A DNA stretch of 64,000 bases, taken from assembly GCF_964355755.1 (NCBI RefSeq), contig NC_092672.1:3038001-3102000 (forward strand), written 5' to 3'. Of this stretch, positions 1 to 13,290 are shown piece after piece. The number at the start of each line of letters is the position of its first letter. Within the stretch, counting starts at the first letter, position 1. Made by a program: the position numbers and the translations under genes. The notes under the pieces were generated by a model. The model made no database searches, was not told where the DNA came from, and worked only from the letters and a program-made list of their open reading frames with translations. The stretch is from Antedon mediterranea (lineage: Eukaryota > Animalia > Echinodermata).

Positions 1-496
1 CGTTGGTTTATTTTAAAATATGCTGTTAGTAGGTTTGCTTAATTTAACTAGGCCTACAGTAGCATAGTTGGTACAATAATACAACAGATTTTTTTCTTTT
101 GCATATGTATACTGAATAAAAAAAAAATAAAAAAAATACAATAGATCCGAAGTAATAAATACAAAATAACACAAATATAAATATCAATAGGCACGACATC
201 ACTTTTATTTAAAGACCATAAGCCTACGTGCCTATTATAAGATACTGTAGTGTCTGATTTCGTCTCGGCAGTATATACAATTCGAATCAAGATGAGTAAA
301 ATTAAAGAAAATCGAGAGAATGAACCAATATTGAAGCAGGACGGTAAGATTAAGTTATACTTACTTAGTTATACGTTGAAGATGAATATCTTTCTTTTAT
401 TTTTCCCATGTATTTATACGATGATTTGAGGACGAATTGTATGCCACGTTGAAGAATAATTCTAGGTTATATCAGGGAAGAGTACATTTCACTCTG

Positions 497-672
497 GTTA
501 ATTTCACTCTTCCCTGATTAATTTCACTCTTCCCTGGTTAATTTCACTCTTCCCTTGTTAATTTCACTCTTCCCTGGTTAATTTCACTCTTCCCTGGTTA
601 ATTTCACTCTTCCCTGGTTAATTTCACTCTTCCCTGGTTAATTTCACTCTTCCCTGGTTAATTTCACTCTTC
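497..672. repeat. 20-bp minisatellite (TTAATTTCACTCTTCCCTGG, ~9 copies) in SLC17 copy 1 intron 1
   Basis: Directly visible period of 20. Confidence 0.95.
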
Positions 673-2131
673 GAATTGACATACCATTGTTACCTTTTAT
701 TTCTATGGTTGAATAATTGTTCTACCATTGTATACTATACAGATGCGAAACCATGGTTGCAAGTTCGATACGTAATGGTCTTTCTGTGTTTCACAGCAAA
801 CACACTGAATTTCATTCTTAGAACAAACTGGAGTATTGCCATTTTACCTATCGTAAGCAACAAATTTGTCTGGATTGTTAGTGTATCAAAATACTAAATC
901 ATGAAATTGAATTAATGAACTATATGAAAATAATAAATATTTGACATATAACAATAGTAAAATTAAATTCACAATTTAAACACTGATGATTGTAAGTGTT
1001 AATATTGTGTCCAACGGAAACTTACAGTTTTGAGAGAAAAAAAACAATCAACTTTTAAACCTACACTTGGTATATATTACGATATCGTACTTAACTATCA
1101 ACCAAATATTACAGTAAAGTATAATCTATTCGTAAACATGCCGTTAAAAAAAAACTTTTTTTAGGCTAGAGAGTTCAACTGGGAAATCCAAAAGCAACAA
1201 AACATCTTAGCCACATTTTTTATTTCCAATTCATGCTCACCTCTTCTCGGAGGATGGTTGGTTGGAAAATACGGAGGTTTTCGGGTTGTGTTGCTTATGC
1301 TATGATTTCATCATTTACGATGGCACTATTAACTCCGTTTGCTGTTAATACAAGCGTTACTCTATTGATAATCAATAGACTCGTCGATGGTTTCGGACAG
1401 GTAGGCCTAATTTGTTTTTTTTTAAATTGTTGTTTTGCCAAAAGAAAAAAAATAAATTAAAATAGCAGCACTTGTAATCTGTGGTAAAACTGTATGCATT
1501 TGTATACATGTGTCGAAATCAATGATATTATATAGCCAAAGGCTTATTACATCTCTCTGGTAGAAATACATGTATTTATATTCCGCGCGTGCGCGCTCCT
1601 AACATTTGCGATCCGAGTTTTTATTTTTTGTTGTTGTAAACATTAAGGACACACGAAAGTTGTGAGTATAGCTAAATCGTTGTATCTATTATTTTTGCTT
1701 GTTTGTTTGGTCTGTCATCTTTCATTCCCTACAGCAATATAATTTTATCAATGAAATACAGTACATTTAATTTTTGTCAGGGCATGGTGATGACAGGATC
1801 CGTGGGTATTATAAGAAGATGGTCAATATTAGATGAACGCAGTACATTTATATCGATTACAACGTCAGGTAATAATTTAGACCTTGGTGCATTTCCATTT
1901 TTTCCATGCCTCCATGCCAGAAAAGCGGTAATTCTAAAGTTCTGAGGTCGATCAGAAATATGAAATAAAGTAAAACAATGCCATATTATAAAGTAAGAAA
2001 CAGAAAGAGGACATGCGAATGTTTGCATAGGCCTATCATTTGAAAACAAACGTTACATGTTATGTCAAATTCATTTCACTAAAAACAGTAAATGTTATCA
2101 AATCCCATTTTTTTATTTTTTGTTTGCTCGT

Positions 2132-2322
2132 ACAGAGTGAAAATCGTTTCACTCAGAGTGAAAACAGTTTCACGCAGAGTGAAAACCGTTTAACTTTGAG
2201 TGAAAACAATTTCACTCTGAGTGAAAATAGTTTCACTCTGAGTGAAAACAGTTTCACTCTGAGTGAAAAGAGTTTAACTCGGAGTAAAAACAGTTTCACT
2301 CAAAGTGAAAACAGTTTCACTC
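2132..2322. repeat. 21-bp palindromic-unit tandem repeat (CAGAGTGAAAACAGTTTCACT, ~9 copies; 3 copies at 12221-12285)
   Basis: Visible tandem array; it produces the spurious (SENSFTL)n ORF. Confidence 0.9.
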
Positions 2323-2899
2323 TAAACAACGAGCGACCATTTTACTCGTTTACGATAAAGAGTGTAGTTAGTATAGTCAAATTAGTTTTGGACTGTAATT
2401 GCAAATCTATGAAAATATCTTTTTTTTTAGGATATAGTTTTGGGGCCATTTTAGCAATGTACCTGTCTTCGTGGCTTTGCACGTCAACGGAACTGGGAGG
2501 CTGGCCAACTACATTTTATTCATTTGGTATGATAAGAACAATGATACTTTTTTGTACTTTTATGAAAATCTCATTTATATCACATGTGGTGCCTGTATCA
2601 TGTAAAGTTAAGTTAAGGGTTAGGTTACTACTAGATACACGTGAAACACATGTGATGTTGTATTACCAAATATTCCTATGATACTAATTCATTTTATTTT
2701 TATTGTTTTAAAATCTTAAATAGAGTGAATTTCTGTCAGTGGCTCCCCACGCTGTGTTTTGTATTACAATCATCATTGGGGGATTGGCTTCAGACTATAT
2801 CATTTCTCACTCGATGCTGAGCGTAACAAACACGAGAAAATTAATTTATGCTCTTCGTAAGTATAAGTACAACTTTATATGTACTGTATTTTGAGGAAA

Positions 2900-3068
2900 G
2901 TGACCAAATATGGTAGTGATATGTCCAAATATGGTAGTGATATGTCCAAATATGGTAGTGATATGTCCAAATATGGTAGTGATTATGTCCAAATATGGTA
3001 GTGATATGTCCAAATATGGTAGTGATATGCTCAAATAATGTCACGTAATGTTTGATAATGTAGACAGA
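2900..3068. mobile_element. Partial MITE of the GCTCTGTCTACACTATCAAA family with internal 21-bp repeats (CCAAATATGGTAGTGATATGT)n
   Basis: Ends in TTTGATAATGTAGACAGAG; related copies at 13151-13290, ~14000-14148, ~26580-26658 and ~30369-30540. Confidence 0.75.
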
Positions 3069-3807
3069 GTAACGCGTATATTATGATTTAATAACCGTGT
3101 TTTTTTTTATGTTTTATTTTTAGCTCTCGGATTATCCGCATTTTTAGTTGTTTTAACTGGTTATATTGAAAACAAAGTAATCAACGTCATTTTGTTGACT
3201 ATCGTACTTGGGTTTTATGGACCGATGGCTGGTACAGTCGGGGCTAATGCAATAGATTTGGCGCCAAATCATTCTAGTCTGATTGTTGGAATAGCGTATA
3301 CATTTTCTACAACACCTGGGTTTATTTCTCCAATGGTAGCCGGAGTAATAACAAAAAAGTAAGTAAGTAACAATTTCCAATATCATTAATATTGTGTGCA
3401 CAATTTACCTTACGGCTTTTTTGTTTTGGGCTCTAAATTTGACCGCGAACAATGACTAAAGGCCTAGCCAATTATAACATCTCATTTTTTACGCTAAATA
3501 GTAATGACAATTAATAAAGTTTTTTTATAAAAGATGTATTATCCCGCAAAAACATGAAAAATAAAGATTAATTTAAAAAGACTTTGAATAGACCATTTCG
3601 CAATAATAATGTTAATCACTTCCGTGGAAAAAGAATGTACACAACTGTGCTTTCACGGATAAAAAGAAAAAAAAAACGGTTAAATTACAGTTTTTTCAAG
3701 TAAAATTTTTTTTTTCGATCCAATTAAAAATGACACTGCTTCATCAAAAATATTTTAAAACAAATATTTTTTCAGGGGGACAATAAAATAGTGATAATTA
3801 GATATAA

Positions 3808-5371
3808 CTAGATGGCACGCTCGCTTCGCTCGCGTACCATCTCGGTCGTGCCCACAGATGGTTCTCGAATACACAGTATTTCCAGCGAGAAAAAAATGGA
3901 GATTTCAAATGTACGTACCGCAGGACTATAATACATTGTCGTTTACAGAAACGAATAAATATACACAATGATTTATGTAGTCAACCAAAATTAGCACCCT
4001 GGGAATTACTTCCGAGAGAGAAACAAAATGAGTCAAATTTTTTTATTTGGACTCATTTAAACAAACCCAATTTGTGTTTTGTATGTAACATTAAGGGTTG
4101 AGGGATGGGGGAAGAAGATAGGTACAAAGAGGAAACATTTTAAAATATATTCTTATCCACTCAGTAACGAAATATTGTTTTTAATGTTTTATAGGCCTAT
4201 AAATAATATACCACTAAATACAGTAAAACATTTACGATTTAATACGGTACTTTGTTAAAACTCTCACTGTCATAGTCGATTGAAATAGTAAAGTACATGT
4301 AACGATACACCACTACGACGTTTATATATTTTTAAATTATTAATTAATACAAACGTTGAGAAGCAACTGTCAGTAATAACGTTTATTTATTTCTATATTA
4401 TATGTTTATAATCTAACACTAGGGCCTACCCACACTCACAGTAATAAAGTTTATTTGTATATATTTTTATATTACATCTAACAGTACCAACACTCACAGT
4501 AAGAAATTTGCGATTCAAATTGCGATCAAAAGTGGTTAATACCTTAACAGTATTGTACAGCATTGCAATACTATTTATGTTTATTCTCCAAGGGGGCCCA
4601 TAAATCTAAATCTAAATCTATACCTCTATGGTTAAACCAAATAATTTGGAATGTTTATTTGTATATTATATGTTTATAATCTAACAGTAGGGCCTACCCA
4701 CACTCACAGTAATAAAGTTTATTTGTATATATTTTTATATTACATCTAACAGTACCAACACTCACAGTAAGAAATTTGCGATTCAAATTGCGATCAAAAG
4801 TGGTTAATACCTTAACAGTATTGTACAGCATTGCAATACTATTTATGTTTATTCTCCAAGGGGGCCCATAAATCTAAAGCTATACCTGTATGTTTAAACC
4901 AAATAATTTGGAATGTTCCATTCATCACAAATCAATACATTTGTAAAAACGTATATTAAATGTATCAAAATAGTATTTTTTAAAGAAAATCGGCCTGTCT
5001 TCAACATTATGATGCTGTACTCGAACTGTTCAACCGGTTTTCAGCTATTAAAAACAATTATCGTAGGAGGAGATAGGAAAATGCGAAGCCTCCTCGCATT
5101 TTTGTGGCGGGTATTTTTCAAGATGGACATCCATTAGACAGTGTATACCACGATCGGAAAACACCCCTATTTGGGGCAAATCGTTGAACCTAAATTCGTT
5201 TTAATCGTCAATAACTAATTATCTAACTTAATTTAATTAGTAAACAGGGTTACATCAGGTGGTTAAAATCAGTACCGAAAGTACGAACCAACTTTATATA
5301 CCATCGAGTAAAAATTCTAGAAGTAAGGCGCGATTTACCGAATTTTGCCCTTACGTAAATTTATATATAGA
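3808..5371 (-). mobile_element. Non-autonomous Helitron, 1564 bp
   Basis: On the minus strand it starts TC and ends CTAG, with a GC-rich 3' hairpin (GATGGTACGC...GCGTGCCATC). It sits between A and T with no TSD; the empty site is visible in SLC17 copy 2 at ~14880. It contains a ~270-bp internal tandem duplication (~4380-4915). Confidence 0.9.
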
Positions 5372-7766
5372 TTTTTACATAAAATTGAAAAAGTTTTAAG
5401 AATAACGATATAATCAACTGAAAACTATTGTTTTTTTCTTTTGTAACGTTAGTTCTTGTATTGTATTCCTATTCTTTAATAAAATAAAATATTTTATGAA
5501 TCTGTTAATTCAACTGATTGTTTTTTCAGAACACAATATATCAATGGCGAATAATATTCTGTATAGTAGCTGGACTTCATATCATTGGGATAGTTTCTTT
5601 TGTAATGTTTGGAAGTGGAGAGATACAGCACTGGGCAAAATCAAGCGAAAATAACGCAGAATCAGTACCATTCACATCATTAGAAAATAAAGAAAGTGAT
5701 GATTGAAACAAAAACAAACCAAGATTCACGAATCGAATGTTTAACTCCATTTATAAGATGAGAAATATACACCTTTGATAACGAGTGACAGGCCGACTGA
5801 CTATTGACTATAGTAGGCCTAATTTAGACCTATCGTCGCTAACAGTAAATCTAAAGTATAAAGATAATATTTGTCCTCAAGCTTAACTGGAAACTGAGGA
5901 AAATTCGGATTAGGTCCTCCACGGACCCACGGCAGCCAACACTGTAACGTCTACCATATCAGCACACCGGATTGTATTTATTATTAACAATTGTTTTTAT
6001 TTGAATTATTTTAACTTATTAAAATAATTTTCCGACAAATACACAATCATCAGCTAAATTCAGTCCTACTTTTTTTTAAACATCTCTGTGAAGCTCTGCT
6101 ATACACTATAAAACTAGTGCTACTAGCTGTTACTGCTGTTATTCATTAATCATTAACAGTGGCGCGTATGATGGGCTGTATCCGCATAATTTTGGTTGGA
6201 TATGATTTGTTTTTAATATTATTATATTTATATTAATAAGAAATTCTGTTTCATACCGGTTATACCGCCTAGTGTTGTTGGTGAATGGAGTGCGCGTCAC
6301 AGTGGATTAATCGTTATAGAATTACTGCAGCTCAAATTTGAAGAAAAAAAAGGCCTACTTGTTTTAAACTACCGCCATTTTATTCATGTAATGGCATGTA
6401 ATTCGTTTAATGCGCATGTCTGATGATATGCCATGTTTTGAGGCTACTTAGAGATAAACATACAATAGAGGTAAGGACGAGACGCAACGTGTGCGAGTTG
6501 ACCAATGACAAGCGACAGTTCAAATAATCCATCGCTTGTGATTGGTCAAATCATCATTGTGTTTCTACAGTAGTGGGACTAAGCTGAATATAATGTAAGT
6601 GCGATCGTGATTTACGGTATTAACTTTAAAAAGAAATGACCACTCACTAAATACAATACAGGTAAGTTCTACAAAAGACATAGAGTATAATACTGTACGA
6701 ATGTATAGAAAGTTATAATCATTTGACTTAAGTAGGATCCGTTGTTTCAATTAAGATCGTCTCAATCTTCCCTTCTGATTTATCAAGGTCACCTCTTAAT
6801 TTTGTTGTGTGGGTTTCTTTTCTAATTTAATAACTTGCACGATTTACATTTTTAGACCCATGTACAGCATTTAGTTTATTTACAGTTACTTGCATATAAA
6901 AAAAGGAGAAAAATCTATTCAAAATCAGTAATTCTGTTAATAAAATACATTCATGGAATGCTCCGGTGTAAGTGTATTTTTAAACATGATACATGAGTTT
7001 TTACAGATTGACTTATTTAATTCTCACTATTTTTATTTTGTAGAGTATATAGAGCAAAAATGAGCATAGCTTATTCTTTATGTTGCATTCTCAACAAAAA
7101 ACTTCAAAAGAACAGTTCCTATTATTAACATTTTAATTTCTAAATATATATTTAACATATATAATATTTATATTTTATTTGAATGGGTGTTAGCTTATTA
7201 AAATTATATTATTCATGTTAATGTCCATCTGTATAAAATATCGTTGGAACAAAAACACCCAGCCCTCTCATTTCATTTTCGTAATGAAAACCAAACATAC
7301 TGGACCCGACTGTTTTATTTTGAGGTCTAATAGCTGAATTCCGCTACTTGACAACCTTAACAACTCGGTGGTTGATGTTATATACCAAATTAGAAAGTAA
7401 GTGTTTTCTCTCGATTGTTGTTCGATTTTAACCCAACTGTAAGTTCATTGGTTTATTTAACTTAATATGCGGACATTGCTGTTAGTAGGCTTTGTTTTAT
7501 TTAACTACAATAGCATAGTTGGTACAATAATACAATAGGTCCGAAGTAATAAATACAAAATAACACAAATTCAATTTAAATATCAATAGGTCCTATACAA
7601 TACGACATCACTATAGAAAGACCATAAGCCTACGTGCCTATTATAAGATACTGTAGTGTCTGATTTCGTCTCGGAACTATATACAATTCGAATCGTTGAA
7701 CAAGATGCGTAAAATTAAAGAAAATCGAGAGAATGAACCAATACTGAAACAGGACGGTAAGATTAA

Positions 7767-8354
7767 AGGTCAGGTGCGGGCAACAATTATTTATTGATCA
7801 TACATTCTAATAATTATTGATCTATAGTTTCCCCTATGTTTCATAATTTTTGGGATTTTATTTGTGTTACACGAGCTTCTTGAAAATAAGCACTTTCTTA
7901 TCATAGTTAAAATTACACAGTAAAATCTCTATTCTTTTGTTGTACACAAATTTTGTAAATAGAGAGGCATTTTAAAAAGCTATGAAAACTAAACGGTGTG
8001 GTAAAAAATGTTATCAGATGACTAAATATAGGTAATATAACTTGAATATTACATATCTGGTATTTTTATTCAACTTCAGATTTTTATTTTCATGCTATAG
8101 CAAAAATTATCCACCGTATATACACCATCTTTTTTCACCTTCTAGGGAGTCACCAGACATGTTATTACATTAGGTTACCTACCTAACTACTGGACAAAAG
8201 TCTTTCTGGTTTTTATGGAAGAATTTTGCCAAATTTTGTATTTGACCATATTAAGGGAAATTCATGTTTTTTCATCTTGATTTCTGTTACAAATATTTGA
8301 TTTATGTACAATTAACCATATATTATATTTAAAATTCATGCCTGTACCTGAGCT
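7767..8354. mobile_element. MITE with TTAA TSD and AG...CT ends (Kolobok-type)
   Basis: Imperfect TIR AGGTCAGGTGCGGGC / GCCTGTACCTGAGCT; TTAA at 7763-7766 and 8355-8358; empty site in copy 1 at ~350. Confidence 0.85.
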
Positions 8355-8476
8355 TTAAGTTATACTTAGCAGTAAATTGTTGAAGATGAATATCTTTCTT
8401 TTTATTTTTCCCATGTATTTATACGATGATTTGAGAACGAATTTTATGCCACGTTGAAGAATAATTCTAGGTTATA

Positions 8477-9394
8477 TCAGGGAAGAGTACATTTCACTTA
8501 GTTCACTCTTTTCTGGTTAATTTCAATCTTCCTTGGTTAATTTCACTCTTCCTTGGTAAATTTCACTCTTCCTTGGTAAATTTCACTCTTCCTTGGTTAA
8601 TTTCACTCTTCCTTGGTTAATTTCACTCTTCCCTTGTTAATTTCACTCTTCCCTGGTTAATTTACTCTTCCCTGGTTAATTTCACTCTTCGCTGGTTAAT
8701 TTCACTCTTCCTTGGTTAATTTCACTCTTCCTTGGTTAATTTCACTCTTACTTGGTTAATTTCGCTCTTCTTTGGTTAATTTCATTCTTCCTTTGTTAAT
8801 TTCACTCTTCCTTTGTTAATTTCACTCTTCCTTTGTTAATTTCACTCTTCCTTGGTTAATTTAACTCTTCCTTTGTTAATTTCACTCTTCCTTGGTTAAT
8901 TTCACTTTTCCTTGGCTAATTTCACTCTTCCCTGGTTAATTTCACTCTTCCCTGGTTAATTTCACTCTTCACTGGTTAATTTCACTCTTCCCTGGTTAAT
9001 TTCACTCTTCCCTGGTTAATTTCACTTTTCCCTTGTTAATTTCACTCTCCACTGGTTAATTTCACTCTTCCCTGGTTAATTTCACTCTTCCTTGGTTAAT
9101 TTCACTCTTCCCTGTTAATTTCATTCTTCCCTGGTTAATTTCACTCTTACCTTGTTAATTTCACTCTTACCTTGTTAATTTCACTCTTCCCTGGTTAATT
9201 TCACTCTTCCTTGGTTAATTTCACTCTTCCCTGTTAATTTCACTCTTCCCTGGTTAATTTCACTCTTCCCTGGTTAATTTCACTCTTACCTTGTTAATTT
9301 CACTCTTCCCTGGTTAATTTCACTCTTCCTTGGTTAATTATCACTCTTCCCTGGTTAATTTCACTCTTCCCTGGTTAATTTCACTCTTCCCTGG
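8477..9394. repeat. Same 20-bp minisatellite, ~44 copies, inside a TCAGGGAAGAG...CTCTTCCCTGG hairpin element flanked by TTATA direct repeats
   Basis: Period 20; TTATA at 8472-8476 and 9395-9399; the element start is the reverse complement of the unit end. Confidence 0.9.
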
Positions 9395-9454
9395 TTATAT
9401 CGATAATATTGCAAAACTTTGATTTAGAAACAAGCAAGACGGTATATAATTATT

Positions 9455-9990
9455 TTTTTCTTTTTTTGTTCACATCTGTTATACATACAAAAAAAAACAC
9501 ATTTAAACAAAGCAAAACTACAATTAAAATAAGTAAAATAAGAAAATAATAAAGCACCCATAACCCACTACCCCCTTAAGCAAGATCTACAATTTTCTTA
9601 AATCTGTTTAATATGAACTTCAGCATTTTAAAATAAAGTAAATTATTTTTTATTCTGCAGGCATAAATATAATATTGTGTTGAAAAGGATAAAATAATTT
9701 GTAATACTTGGCAAGCCTTTTTCCCCAAAACTATAAATTTCATTGTTTAGATTAATTGAATTTCCTGTTAGTTCAAAATAAGGTTTTCAACAAAAACTCC
9801 AAAAAGGATGGCACACAAACAAATGAAGTAAATTGTCTTTCTCTTTTTTACAAAAGGAACATAAGTCGGATTCAGTTAATCCGATCCTGAACAACCTTTC
9901 ATTTGTAAAAATAATCTTGTGTAGGAATTTAAATTGGAAAGCGTTTACTTTGCCATCAAGGTGTAGCTTATGGAGTAACAATCAAAATTG
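9455..9990 (-). mobile_element. 3' fragment of an L1/Tx1-like non-LTR retrotransposon
   Basis: Minus-strand ORF FQFKFLHKIIFTNERLFRIG..SDLCSFC..EKDNLLHLF resembles the zf-RVT zinc finger C-terminal to RT; an A-rich tail follows. Confidence 0.75.
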
Positions 9991-10196
9991 CCCATGTTTG
10001 ACCATATTATAATATAATTATAATTATTATTGCGAAATAAAAAATCAGCATTATCATACGCACATTTTTCTTTTCTAATTACTCAATTATAATGGAGGAT
10101 TCCCACAGAATCCACCATTTACAATTACAGATTTGTCATTATTGTTGTCGGTAATTGTCCTTTTGTGGATGAGCTATAATACTTATTAGTAACTTA

Positions 10197-10396
10197 GGCC
10201 GTGTTTCCACAGCCAAAACAAAATTATCGGTTCAGTTCAAAGGTTAAACATTATCGCATTATTTTATGCGATAATTATCCGATTTGAATGAGATAATTAT
10301 CGGTTAATTTTTTGCGAGTGGAATCGGTTAAACCCCGTTTCCACAGGCAGTTTATCGGTTAATTATCGGTTAATTTTTGGCTGCAGAAACACGGCC
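10197..10396. mobile_element. 200-bp MITE with GGCC...GGCC termini (PIF/Harbinger-like)
   Basis: TIR GGCCGTGTTTCCACAGCCAAAA / TTTTGGCTGCAGAAACACGGCC; flanks TTA / ATA. Confidence 0.75.
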
Positions 10397-11201
10397 ATAT
10401 TGTCACAACATAATAAACATAATCATTTTCGTGGTATAATGATTACCGTAATATAAGGATCTATCCTAGCTTAATCAATTATCCATTGTATCTATCCCTG
10501 GGTCATTTTGAGACAAAGCTCACTTGAACTTCTAGACAACCCACCTATATTCTCATATGTATTATAATAATCACTATTATTATCGAATTGACTAACCATT
10601 GTTACCTTTTATTTCTATGTGATTGAATACATGTTCTACCATTTTGTACATACAGATGCGAAACCGTGGTTACCAGTTCGATACGTCACTGTTTTTCTGT
10701 GTTTCGCAGCAAACACACTGAATAATATTCTCCGAACAAACTGGAGTGTTGCCATTTTACCTATAGTAAGCAACACATTTGAAACTAATTCTGGATTGTT
10801 GTACCGAATTGAAATAATGAACTATGACAATAATAAATATTTGACATATAACTATAGAATTAAATTCACAATTTAATCACTGATTGAATTGTAAGTGTTA
10901 ATAATATAGTTTGTCCGATGGAAACTTAATGTGTTGTGAAAAAGTCAACGTTTAGACGTACCTAGGCCTAATTTAAGATATCGTAGGCCTACTTAAGTAT
11001 CAACAAAATTACAGTAAAGTATAATGTAGATTATTTGTATGAAATGTTTGATGTTTTTAATTAAAGGCCTTTTTGTAAAAAAAATCCTCAATCCAGCTTT
11101 TTGGCTGCTACAGATTTTATTTGCCTTAGTGAATTATTCTTGATGTTCTTTTGAAATTGAAATAAAGATACCAAGATATATATATGGCTTGCCGATCTAT
11201 G

Positions 11202-11202
<1 letters not shown>

Positions 11203-11262
<60 letters not shown>
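11203..11262. repeat. (TA)n microsatellite
   Basis: About 30 TA units. Confidence 0.95.
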
Positions 11263-11264
<2 letters not shown>

Positions 11265-13150
11265 CTATTCGTTTAAAAAACTATAACTTTTTTAGGCTAC
11301 AGAGTTCAACTGGAAAATCAAAAAACAACAAACATCTTAGCCACATTTTATATTTCCAATTCATGCTCACCTCTTCTCGGAAGATGGTTGGTTGGAAAAT
11401 ACGGAGGTTTTCCGGTTGTGTTGCTTGCTATGATTTCATCATTTACAATGGCACTATTAACTCCGTTTGCTGTTAATACAAGCGTTATTCTATTGATAAT
11501 CAATAGACTCGTCGATGGTTTCGAACAGGTAGACATAATTTGTTTTTTAAATTGTTGTTTTGCGAAAATAAAAAAGCAAAAATTAAAATAGCAGCACTTG
11601 TAATCTCTGGTAAAACTGTATTTATTATTGTAACATTTTGCAGTCCGATTTTTTTATATTTTTTATAAACATTAAGGACACACGAAAGTTGTGAGTATAG
11701 CTAAATCGTTGTATCTATTATTTTTGCTTGTTTGTTAGGTCTGTCATCTTTCATTCCCTACAGCAATATAATTTTATCAATGAAATAACTAACATAATTT
11801 AGGGCATGGTGATGACAGGATCCGTGGGTATTATAAGAAGATGGTCAATATTAGATGAACGCAGTACATTTATATCGATTACAACCTCAGGTAATAATTT
11901 AGACCTTGGTGCATTTCCATTTTTTACATGCCAGTAAAATGGTAATTTTAAAGTTCTGAGGTCGATCAGAAATATGAAATAAAGTAAACAATGCCATATA
12001 CATGGCTGTAGTCGCCTGCTCAAATTTTAGTTATAGTGTTTACCGACCGACCGACCAACCGACCGACATAGTGACCTGTAGTAAAAACAGAAAGAGGATA
12101 TGCGAATTTTTGTATATCATTTGAAAACAATCATGTCAAATTTATACCACTAAAAACAGTAAATGTTATTAAATTCCATTTGTTTAGGCCTACTATTTTT
12201 TTACTCTCTTTTTGCTCGTTCAGAGTGAAAACCGTTTCACTCAGAGTGAAAACAGTTTCACTCAAAGTGAAAACAGTTTCACTCTAAACAACGTCATTGT
12301 ACAATTCATGTCTTTTAAAAAATAATTCTTTAGATATTTTTAACTGTAATTTTTCTCAATTTAAATGTATTATTAATGAAATTATTTAACTTTTCTTTTT
12401 CATTTGTATATACTTATATTGGCTCATATTTTATAGTTTAGTTTTTATTTTCAACCTGTTATTGGTGTTTTACACTGTTGGTTTGATATAAAGAATAAAT
12501 AATGAATTTATTTTCAGTTAAATCTAAACGAGCGACCATTTTACTCGTTTACGATAAAGAGTGTAGTTAGTATAGTCAAATTAGTTTTGGACTGAAATTA
12601 CCAATCTATGAAATAACTTTTTTTTAGGATATAGTTTTGGGGCCATTTTAGCAATGTACCTGTCTTCGTGGCTTTGCACGTCAACGGAACTGGGAGGCTG
12701 GCCAACTACATTTTATTCATTTGGTATGATAAGAACAATGATACTTTTTTGTACTTTTATGAAAATGTATCTCCATCATTTGTTATATAACATTGTATTA
12801 ATATAAATAAAATATAAACTTGTATTTTACAAATTCAATGCATTATATAAAAATAACATGGAGTATCAAAAATATAAAATAATATTGATGTGTATTGTTT
12901 TTTTTTAATGTAGTGTACAATAATGAATATTATATTAAATTCAGCAATTAATATTAATGTATTTTGTTAAGGTATTACTACCATTATTTGGTGTTTGTTG
13001 TGGTGTATTATTGCATCTAGCTAGTGAACCAACTGACAATCGATGGATATCAACATTTGAAAAAGAAACGTTATTATGTCAATCAACAATGAAAGAAAGT
13101 GAAAAGGTTTTGTACATGTTTGTATTTCATGTTTTAATTATTGTATTAAG

Positions 13151-13290
13151 CTCTGTCTACACTATCAAACGTTATGAGACAAAGAATATGCTGTACCCAT
13201 ATATGGACATGATGACGTCATATCACTACCATATTTGGACATATCCCCACCATAGTTGGCTACATCACACCTTTTTTTTTGTCCAACTAG
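13151..13290. mobile_element. Complete short MITE (GCTCTGTCTACACTATCAAAC TIR)
   Basis: Right TIR GTTTGATAGTGTAGACAAAGC; TTAA on the left flank. Confidence 0.85.

Larger units (their letters stand above)
292..5706 (+). pseudogene. SLC17/sialin-like MFS anion transporter, copy 1 (disabled)
   Basis: GT-AG exons 292-343, 743-852, 1165-1400, 1781-1868, 2431-2526, ~2723-2855, 3124-~3362, 5530-5706. They translate to SLC17 motifs (RTNWSIAI, EFNW, RRWSILDERS, GGWPTTFY, IDLAPNHS, QWRIIF...FGSGEIQHWA). Exon 3 is 236 nt (+2 frameshift giving TGA), exons 6-7 are absent relative to copy 2, and exon 9 ends AAG TAA where copy 2 has AAG GAA. Confidence 0.85.

Noticed and set aside
2040-2681. 213-aa ORF with SENSFTL repeats
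   Set aside because: Intronic 21-bp repeat read through into SLC17 exon 5.
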